From: Prorocentrum cordatum
Taxonomy: Eukaryota
NCBI GenBank assembly: GCA_963575745.1
Contig: CAUYUJ010000059.1
Location: forward strand, 434,001-498,000
DNA length: 64,000 nt
Direction: 5' to 3'
Positions 34,748-49,695 of this stretch are shown one piece after another. The position numbers were made by a program, and so were the translations under genes. Within the stretch, counting starts at the first letter, position 1. Every line of letters begins with the position of its first letter. The notes beneath the pieces are model-generated. The model worked only from the letters and a program-made list of their open reading frames with translations, was not told the DNA's origin and did not search any database.

Positions 34748-34966
34748 GTCAAGACGATCGACATGGATACGGAAAGTGCGGGCACAGAGACCGACAGCAA
34801 TTCCTGCTCGTTCTGAACAGGACTCGCTGTCTGTGTCGCCGCGGAAGGTGTCCACTGGAGACGGAAGGTCGCCTGCCCAACAGCGGCCGCTGTCTGTCGG
34901 TTTTGGACAGCATGTGTCGTTGGGCATTGTATTCATGTTTGCTGTACCCACTTCGGGCGCCCAAGA
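34748..34966. mobile_element. MITE family 4 copy
   Basis: Shared core TTCCTGCTC...TGAACAGGACTCGCTGT and right end TACCCACTTCGGGCGCCCAAGA; CAGAG on both flanks. Confidence 0.7.
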
Positions 34967-35737
34967 CAGAGTGGTTCCTCCTCCTCCTCCTCTTCCTCCT
35001 CCTCCTCCTCCTCCTCTTCCTCTCCTCCTCCTCCTCCTCCTCCTCCTCCTCCTCCTCCTCCTCCTCCTCCTCCTCCTCCTCCTCGACCTGGAATCGCCGA
35101 TACATTGCCGATGCATCGGAGGGGCAGCCTTGGAGAGGGGAGGAGGCTCCGGAGGGACGCATCGGCCCCCAATCGCCCATGGATCGCCGCCGGGCCCGAC
35201 GGGCCCACCCCGCCCAGGGCCGCGCGGCTTCGCTGTCGGGAGCCGATCGCCGATCCATCGGCGATACCCCGCTCGTTCCAGGTCGACGTTTCCCCCCCCG
35301 AGCTGGTCCCCCCCCACCTTTGACCCGCAAGAGGGGTGCGAGGCTCGAAGGTCGAGCTCTTGGTGGTCTGGCGCTTTCGGCAGCTTGACTCGGGCCTCCG
35401 GGACTGCCACAGGGGACTTCCAGGGAGTGCGGCCAAAAGGTTTGCCGTTGTGGGGAGCCGATATTATTCCTCCTCCTCCTCCTCCTCCTCCTCCTCCTCC
35501 TCCTCCTCCTCCCTCCTCCTCCTCCTCCTCCTCCTCCTCCTCCTCCTCCTCCTCCTTCTCTTCTCCTCCTCCTCCTTCTCGTCCTCCTCATCCCTCCTCT
35601 CCTCCTCCTCCTCCTCCTCCTCCTCCTCCTCCTCCTCCTCCTCCTCCTCCTCCTCCTCCTCCTCCTCCTCTCCTCCTCCTCCCCTCCTCCTCCTCCTCCT
35701 CCTCCTCCTCCTCCTCCATCCCCTTCGTCCGCCTCCT

Positions 35738-38700
35738 TCCGTCTCAATTTTGCCTCAAGATGCCAGGTTCCCAGCGGAGCCAAACGGATACAGGTAGGCC
35801 GCGGCCGGATCCTGGCTTTTCCCAGCCATTTCGCCGAGGTTTGGATATTGTCGCACCAGCGTGTGCCAGGACTGAATGGACCCGAGGTCAGCGCTGCTGA
35901 CATTGAGCGGGGGGGGTAGACTGAGGCATCACCATCCCCTTCCTCAACAAGTGTAGATGCCAGACAAGAACGACAAGAAAGACAAAGAGCAAGAAGTAAG
36001 CGAAAGTTGCTGTCATTCCTCGCCGTATTCGTCGGGGCGCTGACAACGGCGGCCAAATTCCTGAGGTTACAGGCGACCCCACCCTTCCTGCTACGCCGCG
36101 GCCAGGCAGGTGGTTTGGTAAGATGCTAGGAAGAGCTGGGGATTTGGATGCGCCTGGAGAAAGACCACGGAGTGAGAGAGATCGCGATCACCTATTGCTG
36201 ACCCCCGCCCCCAGTGTTCAGGAAGAGGACGGCTGTGCCTTCGTGTCGGCGTTTTTCGACGCACCGACCCTCCCATCTCCGGCGTCGCAAAATGTTGGCG
36301 CCCGCCTTGTGCCCGTCGGAGGAGGTGGAGGCCAATTTCCACAGCCATGGCCCCTGCCTCATGCCGGACATGTCCATCACCACGTTATCCCTTCCTGGCC
36401 TCGCTCAGTCCCCTGTTCCTGGTCAGACATGGAGAAGGATCTACAGGACCGCATCAAGTCGACGGCAGTGGACGCGCTCAAAGAGACGATCGACTCCCGA
36501 ATGCATTCGATCGCGTCGACGTCGGCCCAGCCACTGCTCAATACTTCGAAGAGTACATCCAAAACCAGCTCGGAAAATGCGAGGCCAATCGATTTCGCGG
36601 AGTCGGACGTCACTGCCATCAGATGCGTTCAGGAGGAGTGCGAAGTCAGGCTCAAGGCGCTGGAGCAGGGGCCTGATCTCAGGAAGCAGCGCGCCCACGT
36701 GCCAGCGGCGCGCACGGGCGAGTGGCAACCCGCACTTGATCAGACCGTTCTCATCGTTCGGGCTCGGGCAGATGTCAGCTTTGAGAGAGTTCTGGCCGGC
36801 CCGAGCACACGGCACGTGGACGCCGGCCACTCGCCCAGGCAGGGGGGGGAATTTCTCGGCGAGCAGTCGGGCAGATCGTTCGCTTTCAAGTTCAAAGGTG
36901 CGCCTGTGAAGACACAGGCAGGCATTGCGTTGGCGGCTGCGCCGCTCGCCGCCGGTCAATGGAGGTTGTCTTGCCGCCGTCGACCCCGGCGGCCGCCCCG
37001 CCCCCCTCGATGTCTGAAAGAGCGTGTTCTACCGTCGGAAAACCGGGGGGGGTCACTACGGGTTCGAACCCCTCCCCCCCCCCTCCATCCGGAAAACCGG
37101 GGGGGGGGTCACTACCGGTGCGAACCCTTCCCCCCCCCCCCCAGCTCATCATGAAAAGGGTGGGCGGTCACTGCCAGTTCGAGCCCCCCCCCCCCCCTCG
37201 AACACGAAAACCGGGGGGGGTCACTACCAGTTCAAACCCCTCCCCCCTCAAACCGAGGGGGGGCGCGGACAGTGGCGGGGACGGCGGCGGCGGGGACAGC
37301 GGCGAGGGGACAGCGGGACAGCGGCGGGGACAGTGGGACATTAGTGGGGACGGTAGTGGCGGGGACAATGGTGAGGACAATGGTGGGAACAGCGGGGACA
37401 GTGGGACAGTGGTGGGGATGGTGGTGGTGGGGACAGTGGTGTGGGGACAGTGGGAATGCGGTGGAAACAGTAGGACAGTGGAGGGTACAGTGGTGGTGGG
37501 GACAGTGGCGAAGGCGGTGGCGACGACGCCGGTGGGACAATGGGACAGAGGCACAGCGGGGACAGTGGTGGGGACAGTGGGGACAGTGGTGGGACCAGTG
37601 GGACAGCTCAGTCAGTGGGACAGTGGGGACAGTGGGGAAAGTCGTGGAGAAATTTGCGAGAGTGGAGCCGCGGTGGGAACAGTGGCGGGGACAGTGGGGA
37701 CAGCGCGACAGTGGTGGTGGCACTGGTGGGGACAGTAGAGGCGGTGGTGGAACCAGCGGGGACTGGTGGTGAGGACAGTGGTGCTGGGAACAACAACGGG
37801 GGGGGATGCGGCGAGGACGGCGGGAGGGACCGGTGCTCGTTTGCTGGGGGGGCGGGGGGGGGGGTCGAACCGGTAGTGACCCCCCCCGGCTTTTCGACTT
37901 CGAGGGGGGGGGGGGGGTTGCCGGGGGGCGGGGGGGGGGGGGGAGGGGTTCCAGCAGGGGAGGGCGACTTTCGGAGGGGGGGGGGGGGGCTCCCGGATTC
38001 CGGAGGAAAAAGGCGGCTATTTTCCACAGTAGAGCGGCGGTGGATCACGCTCTCTCCGATGTCTCGGTTGAGGGGAACACGCGATGTCGCGCGTGAAATC
38101 GCTTGCAAGAAGATCGGGAACGACTTCTGCGCGCGACGCGGTCGCCCTGCGCACGCAGACGAGCGGGCAATTTCCACGTCGCGGGAGCGGGCGCCCAGAG
38201 TGGAGGCGCGCCCGACCAAGCGCTTAATGCGCACGTGGAATTTCGATGCGTCGGCCAGCCTACAGCTCGCCGACACGGGCGCAGAGGACATGGCGAACCA
38301 GGCGCTGGGACATCAAGAATGCAGTGGCGTGGGCGACGGAGTCTTCGAGAATTCTGATACGGTCGCGCCTGCGACGTGAAGCACCCGCTCGTCGACGCAC
38401 TACGAGAACAAGGTCACGGCGAATAAGGCTTGCGAAATTGACAGGTTGCTGAATGGCTGCGCCACGGTTGCGCCGCCGGAAACGCACTGCTCGGCATTGG
38501 ATGCGACGACTGCGCTGCGGCCGAGACTTTATTTACTCCCACGACTTCTTGGACGCCCCGTCCTGCTGCCCTGCGCGCTGGCGGGCTGTTCGCCATCGCG
38601 CCGCGCAGCAGGAACATCAGTGATTTGTCCAAGATCGCGTTGGTACCAGGTCGCGTCGCGTTGGTTACCGCTGTCGCAGGTTCGCAGGCGTGGCGCCGTT

Positions 38701-41700
38701 GGAATATCCAGTATCCCCGTGTTGAGGCGTCGGACATGAACTCGGTCTGTTCTCTCCCACGCCGACATCGCGCCCTCGCGCGCGCCGCCCACGACCGCGT
38801 CTCCGCGCGCCTGGCCGGGGACCTCAACATCTCGGATGGCGACGTCGAGGGGTCGACGTCTGGGGCTTGGGCGACGGCGGGCGATTCGGAAATCGATGGT
38901 GGAACATGACAATGGTCGCCCCACCCACTCACGCAAAAAGCATCTAGTGTCGTTGCGGATTGACAGGATCTTCTGACAGAATCTTCACGAAACGCCGACC
39001 TGGTTGGCCATCCGCCACTTGCAGTTCATTCGCCTTCTCAGCGAACCAGCGGAACTCGATGGGAGGGGCATCAGCGGTCGCACTGGCTCGGGCACTTAGA
39101 TCCGCGCATTAACGCGGGCGCTCTCAACCAGCCCCGAGCTTCGTTCCCCGACCGGCAGCCCTCAAAGGGATGGCGTGCAAGTTCCAGGGGGGCAGCGAAG
39201 ATTGGCATCGATCAGCGGCCAGCGGACATCCCCGTGCGTCTTGCTGTTCGTGCTCAGCGCGCCGCTGGCCGAGTCGCTCGCGATGTGCCGATTGCTCCTG
39301 CTCGCCCATGGCCGCCGGGGCGCGCTATGGCCTGGCGCTCGATATCGCGAGCGGTCGCGAGACGGGATGCTGGCGCGGTCTCCGCCTTCGACGCCCATGG
39401 CTTCGCGAACACGCGCAGGCTGCGAATGAGGAGGCCAGCCCTTCGACGCGTCGCCCAGGCGCCGCTGACGGGGGGCCACCTCCTGGATCGCGCCCCCCGC
39501 GGGCGCGGCCGCTCGACGAACGCCCCCCCCCCCGCCCCACCCCGCTAGTCCCGAGGCTTTAGCCGCGCCCTTTATCGAAGCCCAGCGCGCGGGCGCCCGC
39601 GGCGAGACCCCGGTTGCTCGGGCCTCCAAGAGCGCCCAGAGAGCTCGCGGGCAGTCCGCCCACCTCCTCGAAGCGCTCTGCGGCCCTCCATCGGCGCGCT
39701 CGAACACGGGGCCCCGCTGGCTGTCGGGGGGCCCCGGGCGCCCTCGTCTTCGCCAGCCGGGAAAGCTCGCAACCTCGCGGATTTGCGGGCCCCGATCTCC
39801 CCACGGAGCTCCTCGCGCCCCGCTGGGGCGGAGCGGCATGGAGAGCGTTTTGCATCGAAGCTCTCCGGCTCGGAGATTCCCGCGGCGCGCGCTCGACTCG
39901 GCCCCCGGGCCGAACGGGCTAGTCTAGCGCATGGGCACTGGGGCACGGCCCCCCCTCGGCAATGGAAGCACTCTGGGCGCTCGCAGCGGGCGAAGCGCCC
40001 CCAACTCAGTCATTCGAGTTGCTCGCGGCCACGTTGGCCGAGGGCGATCAGCCCGATGACTCCGAGGCCGCAGCGCTCACGCGCGCGGCAGATGAAACCA
40101 GGCCTCTAGCCCTGAAGAACACCATTGACCAATCCGTCGCGGCGGCAACGCATTTTCCGCCGTCTGCCATCCTGAGCTAGATTAGCCTTCAGGTCCAAAA
40201 CGGCCTCATGGAATGGAGGTCTTCTCTGCGGAACGCGATGGAGCTGTATGCGCGGGCGAGGTCGGGGTCGATCTTCAAGGGCCCCTCTCAGCGCGGCACC
40301 CCACCTAAAGAATGGCGCCCGCTGCTTCTCGCGTTGGATTCCCCCCCAGCGCCCCCAAATGCACCCCCGGCCCGTTTGAAGCGAAGATTGCGCAGTCTTG
40401 CCCCCCCGTCAGGGATGGCCCGCGCGGTCGTCATTCTCTATGAAATGCAACGGTTGAAAGTGGGAGTGACGTTTATGCCCTTCCTCTTTGTCTTGGCTGG
40501 CGCTCTCCAAAGGCGCCCTTTTAGCAGCTCGCTCTGTCTAGCTGCCTCCACCCCATCCCTGGCCGACGCGGAACGGGCGGGAGACCCCCGCGGCGCGCTC
40601 TCCTAAGGGGGCGCGCGTCGACGATATTGGCGCTGTCGTGCTCACCGCGACGGACCTGTGCAGGCTCGGCGGGACGCCCTCTCGCCTCGGCGCTTGCCTC
40701 TCTTATCCTCAAGACCCGCAAGTGCAGGTCGCGCCGTGATTTGGGGACTTCTCGCCCGACGTCGAACGCCAGGCGCGGGAGTTGCTGGTTGGCTGCGCGG
40801 AGGCTCGGCAGGGGCCCTTCACTGCCCACAGCCATGAGTGTCTGGGCATCCTCCTTGGGCCGCAAGTCACCACCCGCGAGCAGCGGAAGCGGCCCTGGGC
40901 CAAAATTAAGCAGGGAGCGCGGCCGGCGAGCGACTCGTCGGCTGATGTTTCCACTGATCTTTTCTACAATCGCACACGTGCGTTGCCCGTTCTCAAGAGC
41001 TTGCAATTGAAAATCGTCATTGGTTCGCATCGTCGCGGCGGACGGCCAGGTCGATTCCCGCGCGGGATGGACGGGCCACGGTTGGGAGGCGGGCGGGGCC
41101 TGATTTCCCCTCGCGCAGGGGCGGCCCTTGTCCCGATGCGCTCGCGGCGTAGGCAACTAGACATGATTCTGGATGCCTTCGCCGACCATGGCACTCCGGC
41201 TCGGCGGTCGCCCCCATCTCTTGCCCCTCTCCGGCCCCCCACCCTCCCACGCGCCTCGCGCGCGCCGCCGTTGCGAGGGGGCCCCCGAGCGATCGGCGGC
41301 CTCGCCCGCGGGCGAGGAGCGCGCGGCAGCGCTCGCGGCGGAAACCCCCGGCCGCCCCCGCCGGCGGGGGAAGTTTGCCGAGTCCTTCCCAGCCCGCTTT
41401 CACTCCCCGATCGCCTCCGCGTCCGATCGGCGAACCACGAAGCGACCCCCTCCCGGCGGATGGGGGCCGGGCTGGTCGACTGGGGCGGGACGAGGGGCGC
41501 GCGTCGCAAGATGTCTCCAGCGCGGCCCTCCGCCGCGCTGAAGACGCGGCTTGGAGGGTGGACCGCGTCATCGCGGATGCAACGCCCTCTTGGCACCTGA
41601 ATGCGGGGGCGCGCTTGCGGCGACCACCTGCCGCGCTATCTCTTCGAGCGCGGGCCCGCCGAGGCCCCGGCGAGGGCCGCGCCGCCAGGGGGCGCGCCTG

Positions 41701-41760
41701 CAAATGCCAGGCGGCGTCTCGGGATCCGCCCGTAGACTGACGGCGAATATAATGCAAGTA
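35738..41760 (+). mobile_element. Heavily decayed LINE (LINE-C) with relict SL, ORF1-like coiled coil, APE and RT remnants
   Basis: ORF1-like MEKDLQDRIK...EVRLKALEQ (about 36430-36670); RTWN (38230), GDLN (38817), RIDR (38955); DETRPLALKNT (40091), GALQRRPFS (40499), VDDIG (40617), CLGILLGP (about 40840), GWTASSRMQ (about 41556). 3' boundary approximate. Confidence 0.7.
37026..38035. mobile_element. TIR-bounded non-autonomous element carrying a (GGGACAGTG)n minisatellite, inserted in LINE-C
   Basis: Ends GTTCTACCGTCGGAAAA / TTTTCCACAGTAGAGC; subterminal AAACCGGGGGGGGTCACTAC repeats at left, inverted at about 37870-37895; 9-mer array at about 37266-37790. Confidence 0.6.
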
Positions 41761-42604
41761 ATTTTGCAGTGTATTTCTACGCCCATCACCTGGCCTCGCA
41801 CGTCAGTAGTGCTCGAGTTCGGCAGTCCACAGCTCGCTCAGCGCCGCCCCCCCCCCTCGGCCATCGCACGGGCATCTGGCGCGGAGGTGGGCTGTCGCGG
41901 TTTGGGCGAACCCCCTCGGGCGCGCTCGACCTCCCCCCCGCGCTTCATCCCCCCCCCGTACCCCTGCACTTTTTCCATCTACAAACGTGCCCCTCCTCAT
42001 TCTCCCCCCTCCCTCCATGCCCCTCCCCCCTGCGCCATCCTCACCCAGCTGGCCCGGCCCAAACGCAGAATTCAGGGAAAAGCGCATCATGGGTTTCGCT
42101 GGTTGGCAACGCAGGGCGAGCCCAATCTTGCCCTGGATCAGAACGTCGAGGAAGCGCCCCCACGCCGCTGCGACGCACGCGCCCCCCACCCAGTTCGACG
42201 CCACCTGGGTCGCGCGCGGCGACGCGCATCCCTCGGGCAACGCTCCGGCCAAGCGCCGCGCCCGCATCTTCCAAGCTCGACGCGGCCCCGAGGTCACCCG
42301 ACCTCTGGCGACGGCCCTCGCGTGGAATCCCACGGGACTGGCGAGGAGGAGGGAGGAGGGAGGACGAGGGAGGAGGAGGAGGAGGAGGAAGAGGAGGAGG
42401 AAGAGGGGGAGGAGGAGGAGGAGGAGGAGGAGGAGGAGGAGGAGGAGGAGGAGGAGGAGGAGGAGGAGGAGGAGGAGGAGGAGGAGGAGGGGGCGCCCCT
42501 TGCGGCGCGAGCCACGGGGTGCCAGACGGCCCCTTCCCATCGCGTCGCCAACGACGAGGGGCCGCGCGAGGCGCGGCAGGGGGCCCGCGCGAAGAGGAGG
42601 TTTA

Positions 42605-42769
42605 TCAGGAGGGGAAAAAAGCACAGACACAAGTAATCGTCGATGCCCCAGAAAATATGGGAAAATATGGGAAGTGGGGGGGGAGACAAAAACCCAGAAA
42701 ATATGGGAAAATATCGGGCATATTGTTATTTTTGTGTGTATTGATTTGTGTGCCCCAGGGCCCCATCCA
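42605..42769. mobile_element. MITE family 3, copy 3
   Basis: Same sequence; flanks GTTTA/GTTTC. Confidence 0.75.
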
Positions 42770-43164
42770 GTTTCGCCACAGCGAGTTGGCCCTGCCGTCG
42801 CGAGCCAAGCAAGGCCCCGGGCCGGGCGGCGGTGCTTTCCGCGGGCGACCGCGCGGGGCGCGCGGTCGCGGCCCCCACCCGCGCGCCGGTTTGGGGGCGC
42901 GAGGCTGCCTTCGAGCGTCCTCGTCTTCACCACCACCTCCTCCTCCTCCTCCTCCTCCTCCTCCTCCTCCTCCTCCTCCGCGTTATCGATGAACTGGAAG
43001 CGGCTCAGACGCGGTCAACTGACGCCGCGCGGCACGCGCGCCGTTTTTCGCGCCCCGTCGACCCAGCTGTTCTGCACCCTGGACTAGTAGGGAGGGTCGA
43101 CGCGCACGTGCGAGCGCGCCACTCGGACTCTTCTTCTTGTTGTCGCCATGTCTCTGACTCTTTA

Positions 43165-44321
<1,157 letters not shown>

Positions 44322-44399
44322 CACCATTCTCAGCAGCTGCCTGACCATCATCGCCATCATCATCACCCTGCGGCCCCAGCCCGATGGAAGCCAAGGGGC

Positions 44400-47300
44400 T
44401 GGCTCGAGGCGCCAGCATTCCAGGCTTCCATCCACGATCCATATTTGAAGCTTGCCCAGGCCGCAGCACGTTCTGAGGCTTTTCGCCCACCATCACCTCT
44501 TCCCAGAGACATCCAGAATGGCTGCCGCGTTGGAGAGCGCACGGGAGCTTCTGGAGGAGCAGACGATTGAGGAGCGCTGCCGACACCGCCAAGGCCACGC
44601 GACCCGCGGGGCAACCAACAAGCTCGAGCAGATGACGGCTGCGGCGAGAGGCGAGTCTGACCAGCGGATCGACGCGCTTGAGGCCCAGCTGCTCGCTCTG
44701 CAGCATCGCAATTTTGCCAGCGAAGACGACCACGGCGGCATGACGGACGGTGATTCCGAATTCCAGCGGCCGGATAGACGACGCTCGCGGCGGCATTGCG
44801 GCCAACAAGATCAAGTCCATCGAGGAGGCTTACAGAGTTGACGTCGTCGCAACTCACTGCTTCAGTTGCAACGTCTACAGCGGCATCCACCCACTCGGCG
44901 ACAAGCGCTTCCGGCCGCGAACGCCACATGCGCGATCAAGTTCGCGGACGAGCAGGACGCCATCAGCTCCTATGACCAATTCCGCGCGCAGCCACGCCAG
45001 TGGCGCGATACGCGCACCAATATTATCCAAAATCTTCGGATTGGACGCGATCTGCCGATCGGCGCTCGCACAAGTTGCTTCGGCATTAGCAAGTGCTGGA
45101 CCATCTGCAAGAATGCCCTGGTCAGCCAGCAGGCGCGCATGCCAGAAATACAGATCGCCTGCATCCCATGACTGGGCATCTCCTACCTCATCTTCCAGGA
45201 CGAGCCGTTAGAGAGGGTCAAGCGCATGGGCCCCCTCTCCGCCACGTTGACCTTCGAGCCGCAGTTCGACGCGCTCAAGGAGCCGGGCATCCCACTGGAT
45301 ATCACTCAAACTCTGCTGGGCCTGCTCCAATCGTTGCTCGACCACTCGCCGCGATGGTCTTTGCTGCAGGATGCCCGCCCCTCCCAGGGCCCATCGAACT
45401 CACACAATGGCGCGTGCTCGACGGGCGAAGATGCAAGCATCCTCATCCATGAGTCCACTGAACAGGCTTGTCTCCCTCCTCTGAAGTGCAGGCGGCTGCG
45501 CGTCAGTCGAAAGCGTCGGAGGCTATCGGATGATCCTTCTCCCCCCTCCTCCTCGCACCCCCCCGCCGTCTGTCGAGCCGGAATGCCAGGGGCGGCTTTT
45601 GTTTCCGCGATTGTGCGCTCTAGCCCCGTGGAATCCAGGAACGCAGCCTGGAGCCGCGGAAGGCCCCGCATCTCGGCAGAGGCGCATCGGGCAGTAGTTT
45701 CCGGGGTCTTCATCGAAACGACGATGCAGCATTCTTCCAGCAAGTTCACGGCACCGGTGCAGACGTTGCGAGTCTCGAGCGCGGCTTGCCCGATTTCCAG
45801 CACGTCGGATCTTTTCTCGCCACGCGCGCTGGCGATGTGGTCATGTCTACTCGTTGTTCGCTGGCCAACCTTTTTGCGCGCCCAGCCTCACCGTCTAGTC
45901 GTCGACCGCAGCCGCGTGTCATCGCTGACATTCCACGGCGAGTCTGGCACCACGCAGCTCGTCGATGTCCACGCTGAGCCTCAGCGCCGCCGTAGTCTGA
46001 AGATGGAGCTTATTCAAAAAGTCCGCCAACACACCTTGGGACTGAATCGTGCTTCAGTATTCCTCGGGGGCGATTGGGACTCTCTGGAGTCTGGCGAGAA
46101 GAGGTGGTCTCGAACGAGGATGCGCCACGATTTCGGCGGCTTCTAGGCGGGGGGGTTCTGTCGGTAGACCTGCTCCCCAAGTCGCCGTTGTTGACCAGCT
46201 CGATTACACTCGTAGGTGCGAAGCCCACGATGCTGCACCACCCTTAGCGTTGGTCTCTAGATAGGCGGTGCACAAACTTAACTCCCCCATACTTCTGGAT
46301 ATCTCTCTTATGCTTTGCGCGGTGAGCCTCGTTAATGATCGTCGCGGACCGTCCGATCATGCCCCTGTCGCCCTCCAACCCCCCCGAACAAGGCGCCGCG
46401 CGCGCGCCGCCTAAGCGGGCGGCCCAGCACAGCGAATGGCATGATCCATCGGCCGAACTCGTTCAGGAGGCCTGGTTCTCGGGCGATCCTCGGGAGCGGG
46501 CTCTCGGAATCCAAGAACGCGCGCGCGCGCCGCCAAAGGCCGCCCCTCCAGCCGCGCCCGGCGCGGCCCCGCGATCGACCGCCAGCACGCGGCGATTTGC
46601 CTGGAGCTCACGCGAGGCACCCAGCAGCACATTCTTTTACACGCCGGTCGTTGAAAGTAGGTATTGTTGGATTACCAGATCCCAATCTACTTCAAGCGCC
46701 TTCCTACTTCAAGAATCGGCATGATGTTGCTGTGTTTTCTTGTTCTCTGGGAGGGCCTGGACCCAATCCACTTGATCCGCCTTCCTACTTCATGCTCTTA
46801 CCTACTTCTTCCGGCCGGCGTGCACTCGCGCGCAGGTGCCCTTACGCGTCGCCGCTGCAAAATCAACATTTCGACATCTCAGGCACGCGCGGGGTTCCAC
46901 CAGTACCTCCAGAGCCTCTGCGGCGACATGCTCTACGCTGAGATGAGCGATTCCCTTGCCGAGATCCCGAATGCCTCCCACGCGGACCACGTCCGCTCGT
47001 CTTCGCGATCTTCTCAGGCTCTGGCCCTGGCAAAGGTGCCAACTCACCCCGTTCATGTTCATGGCCCGGACGAGTCCACGCATGGCTCTCTGGCACATAG
47101 CGCTTGGAATCCCGCCCGGCACCGGGGGCAGGTTCACGCCGCTGGGCCCCGCAGGCAAAATCATAGTCAAGCAAGAGATTGGATCCCCCGCGAAGTTCAG
47201 CAGGTCCCCCTTGGGATTGAGCGGCGGCTTTCCAAGCGCGAGTTCGTAGGTTTACACCAGGCCAAACGCGAGTCCGCCCCCTCTCCCCGACGACACTGGA

Positions 47301-48680
47301 CATGCTGAGCGGAGTTGTTTGCGGCGAGCTCTGCCACGACTGCGCATTCGATCTCTAGCCCCTCCTGCTCGATTGCCATCGTGCGAAGGACGGCTTCTAC
47401 CGCGCTTACGGTTTTTCCCCGACGGAAGCAGGTGGCGGAGGTGAGGATGGCGCAGGTGGAATCTCTCGTTCTGCTGATGCTAGTCGCCCTGCCCGATTGC
47501 CCTTTCCAAGTGCGACAACAAGATTATTGTAGCTGCGGTTGCTCATCCTCTCTCCGTCCAAGTCCAGTTCTCTGTCTCGGCCGCTCAGGAGGGCTTCGGC
47601 AAGAAACGCAACATGCACCATCGCATTCTCGAAATGGAAGCCATGTTGCTCGATTTTTGTCCTTTTCAAGGGCTCCAGCGTGCTGGTCTGTTTCTGTTCG
47701 ACATCGCCGCTGCCTTCCCGTAGCTGAACCTCGATTGGATCATAGATTGCCTCGCGCGTCTAGGATCGCCTCGCTTCATCCTCTACGCCATCCGTGAGCT
47801 GGACAAAAATGCGGTCAAAGAAATCGGTTGCCAACGGCAAGTTTCAATAGCTTTGCTATTGTCCGACGGGGTCAAACAAGGGCGCCAATTGAGTGAGTGA
47901 TCTTCACACATTGGTTCGACTCCAGTGTTCGTTATCTTGAGAAAGCTTTGCGGCCGCATCCTGCCAGGCCGTTCGCATGTGCCGACGACGCTGACATCAT
48001 CTCAAGTCACTAATTGGTGTCATTTCCGATCGCGATGCGGCTGTTGACAAATGCCGCGAACTGAACGTCCTGTTCCTCTGGCTGAACCCGAAGAAGTGCG
48101 TCATCGTTTGTCCTGCCGGCCTTGATCGGGCCAACGCCATTGCGTCTTTCTAGGAAGCTGGTTTTGACTCTCCAGGTGTGTTCGAATGTCATTTGTTTAC
48201 GTACATACGCGGCCGGCCTCGGGCTAGTTGTGTTCGGCCTCGGGGAAGTTCGAGGACAGGTTGTGCTACATTCGTGGGTTGCACTGGGGGCTCACTCAGA
48301 TTATCTTTACCGACACTATTTGGGCGATCCCGTTTCTCAGTTCCCCAGCCCAGTTTCTTTCTGTCCCGTGCGCTTCGCTCCGAGCACGATGTTCACCAGT
48401 CCTTGACTGCAGGACCTCGCTGGGGCATCCCCGCCCACATCCTGTCCAACAGCGACCGCATTGGCCTGCAGGTCAAACCGAGGATCGAGGCGGAAAACTA
48501 GGCTGCCATATATCGCGTCTGCATCCGCTCAGATCTGAAGCCTTCCCTGGCAGATATGGTCGATGGTGCGACCTCCGAACTGCTGAAAGTGATCGACTCG
48601 CTGTTCCACAAGAGGCTAAGCGAGTTCAAGAGTCCATCACTGGCTCCCTCCGCCGGCTGTTCGAGAAGCTCTAGACTCCT
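44400..48680 (+). mobile_element. Heavily decayed LINE (LINE-D)
   Basis: Coiled-coil ORF1-like DQRIDALEAQLLAL (about 44660); APE VFLGGDWD (46057), PSDHAPV (about 46350); RT GVKQGR (47868), ACADD (47976). Boundaries approximate. Confidence 0.65.
46640..46822. mobile_element. MITE family 6, copy 2, inserted in LINE-D
   Basis: CACGCCGGTCG ... CGGCCGGCGTG; shared CGGTCGTTGAAAGTAGGTATT and CCCAATCTACTT. Confidence 0.75.
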
Positions 48681-48882
48681 CCTTTTCTTCCTCTTCTCCT
48701 CATCCTCCTCCTCCTCCTCCTCCTCCTCCTCCTCATCATCATCATCATCATAATCATCATCATCATCCGCCTCCTCCTCCTCGTCCTCCTCCTCCTCCTC
48801 CTTTCCACCTGCTGCTAATTCAGCTCGTCCTCCTTCTCCGGTTTCGGGCTCCTGCTCGCCCTGCCTGCCCCCTGGGCCCCAG

Positions 48883-48954
48883 GCGGCCGAGGAAGAGGCG
48901 CGCGACGACGGGGTCTCCGATGCGATCTGGGCCGAGCTGCAGCAAGCGAAGGAG
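48883..48954 (+). CDS. Probable distal micro-exon of the AAA+ ATPase C-terminal region
   Basis: CCCCAG|GCG acceptor; AAEEEARDDGVSDAIWAELQQAK(E) resembles the RDxGVSDxxWxxLQ motif I recall from the C-terminus of fungal multi-AAA CbbX-like proteins; GA donor after 48951 or 48954. Confidence 0.6.
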
Positions 48955-49627
48955 GAGCGGTTCCGGCCGCTTCTATACGGTAGGTTCGCGTCGTGTCGAC
49001 CAGCGGCGACCCCGCCGCCGACGTTCAACGTTGAACGCCGATGGCGGCCCAGAATCGGTCGATGTTGAACGATCGGACGTTGCGGAGACGGCCGATCGTT
49101 CAAGGTTGAACGATCCAGCGCGGTGTCAGGAACCAAAGCCAGGGTCGACACGGCACGGACCTGCAGTAATTGATGGCGAGCGGCCGGGAATGGCAAACAA
49201 TGTTGCGCCCTCCTTTGCCGCTGGTCCCCACAGGCTGAGTGATCTCGGGGGTTGCATCGGGGCCATCGCGGAGCTCTCTCTCTCTCTCTTCGAGCCCTGC
49301 TGGGCTGCCTTGGCGCCGACTCGAGAAAGATTGGAGCCTGTGGCGGCAACCCGGGGCAGCATATGCTTGACAGCGAGCGCGCTGAAGACATTCAGCTCCG
49401 AAAGCAAAAGTTGTGAGAGATTGGAGGGCTCAGATCAACAGCATATCCTCAGCCCAGGCGGAAGAACGGCTGAAGGGTTGCACCCTACCATGCAGCTGGG
49501 TACTCTTGATGCGGGCGGTCTGGGCGAGAGCTGCATCAGTGCAAAGATTTCCAGTGTTCGGCCTTTGTCGAGGCTGCGTACGCCAGCCTGCCGCATGTGT
49601 ATATAGCGAGTGCCCTGCGCATAGACC

Positions 49628-49638
49628 TTCTCTCTCTT

Positions 49639-49695
<57 letters not shown>

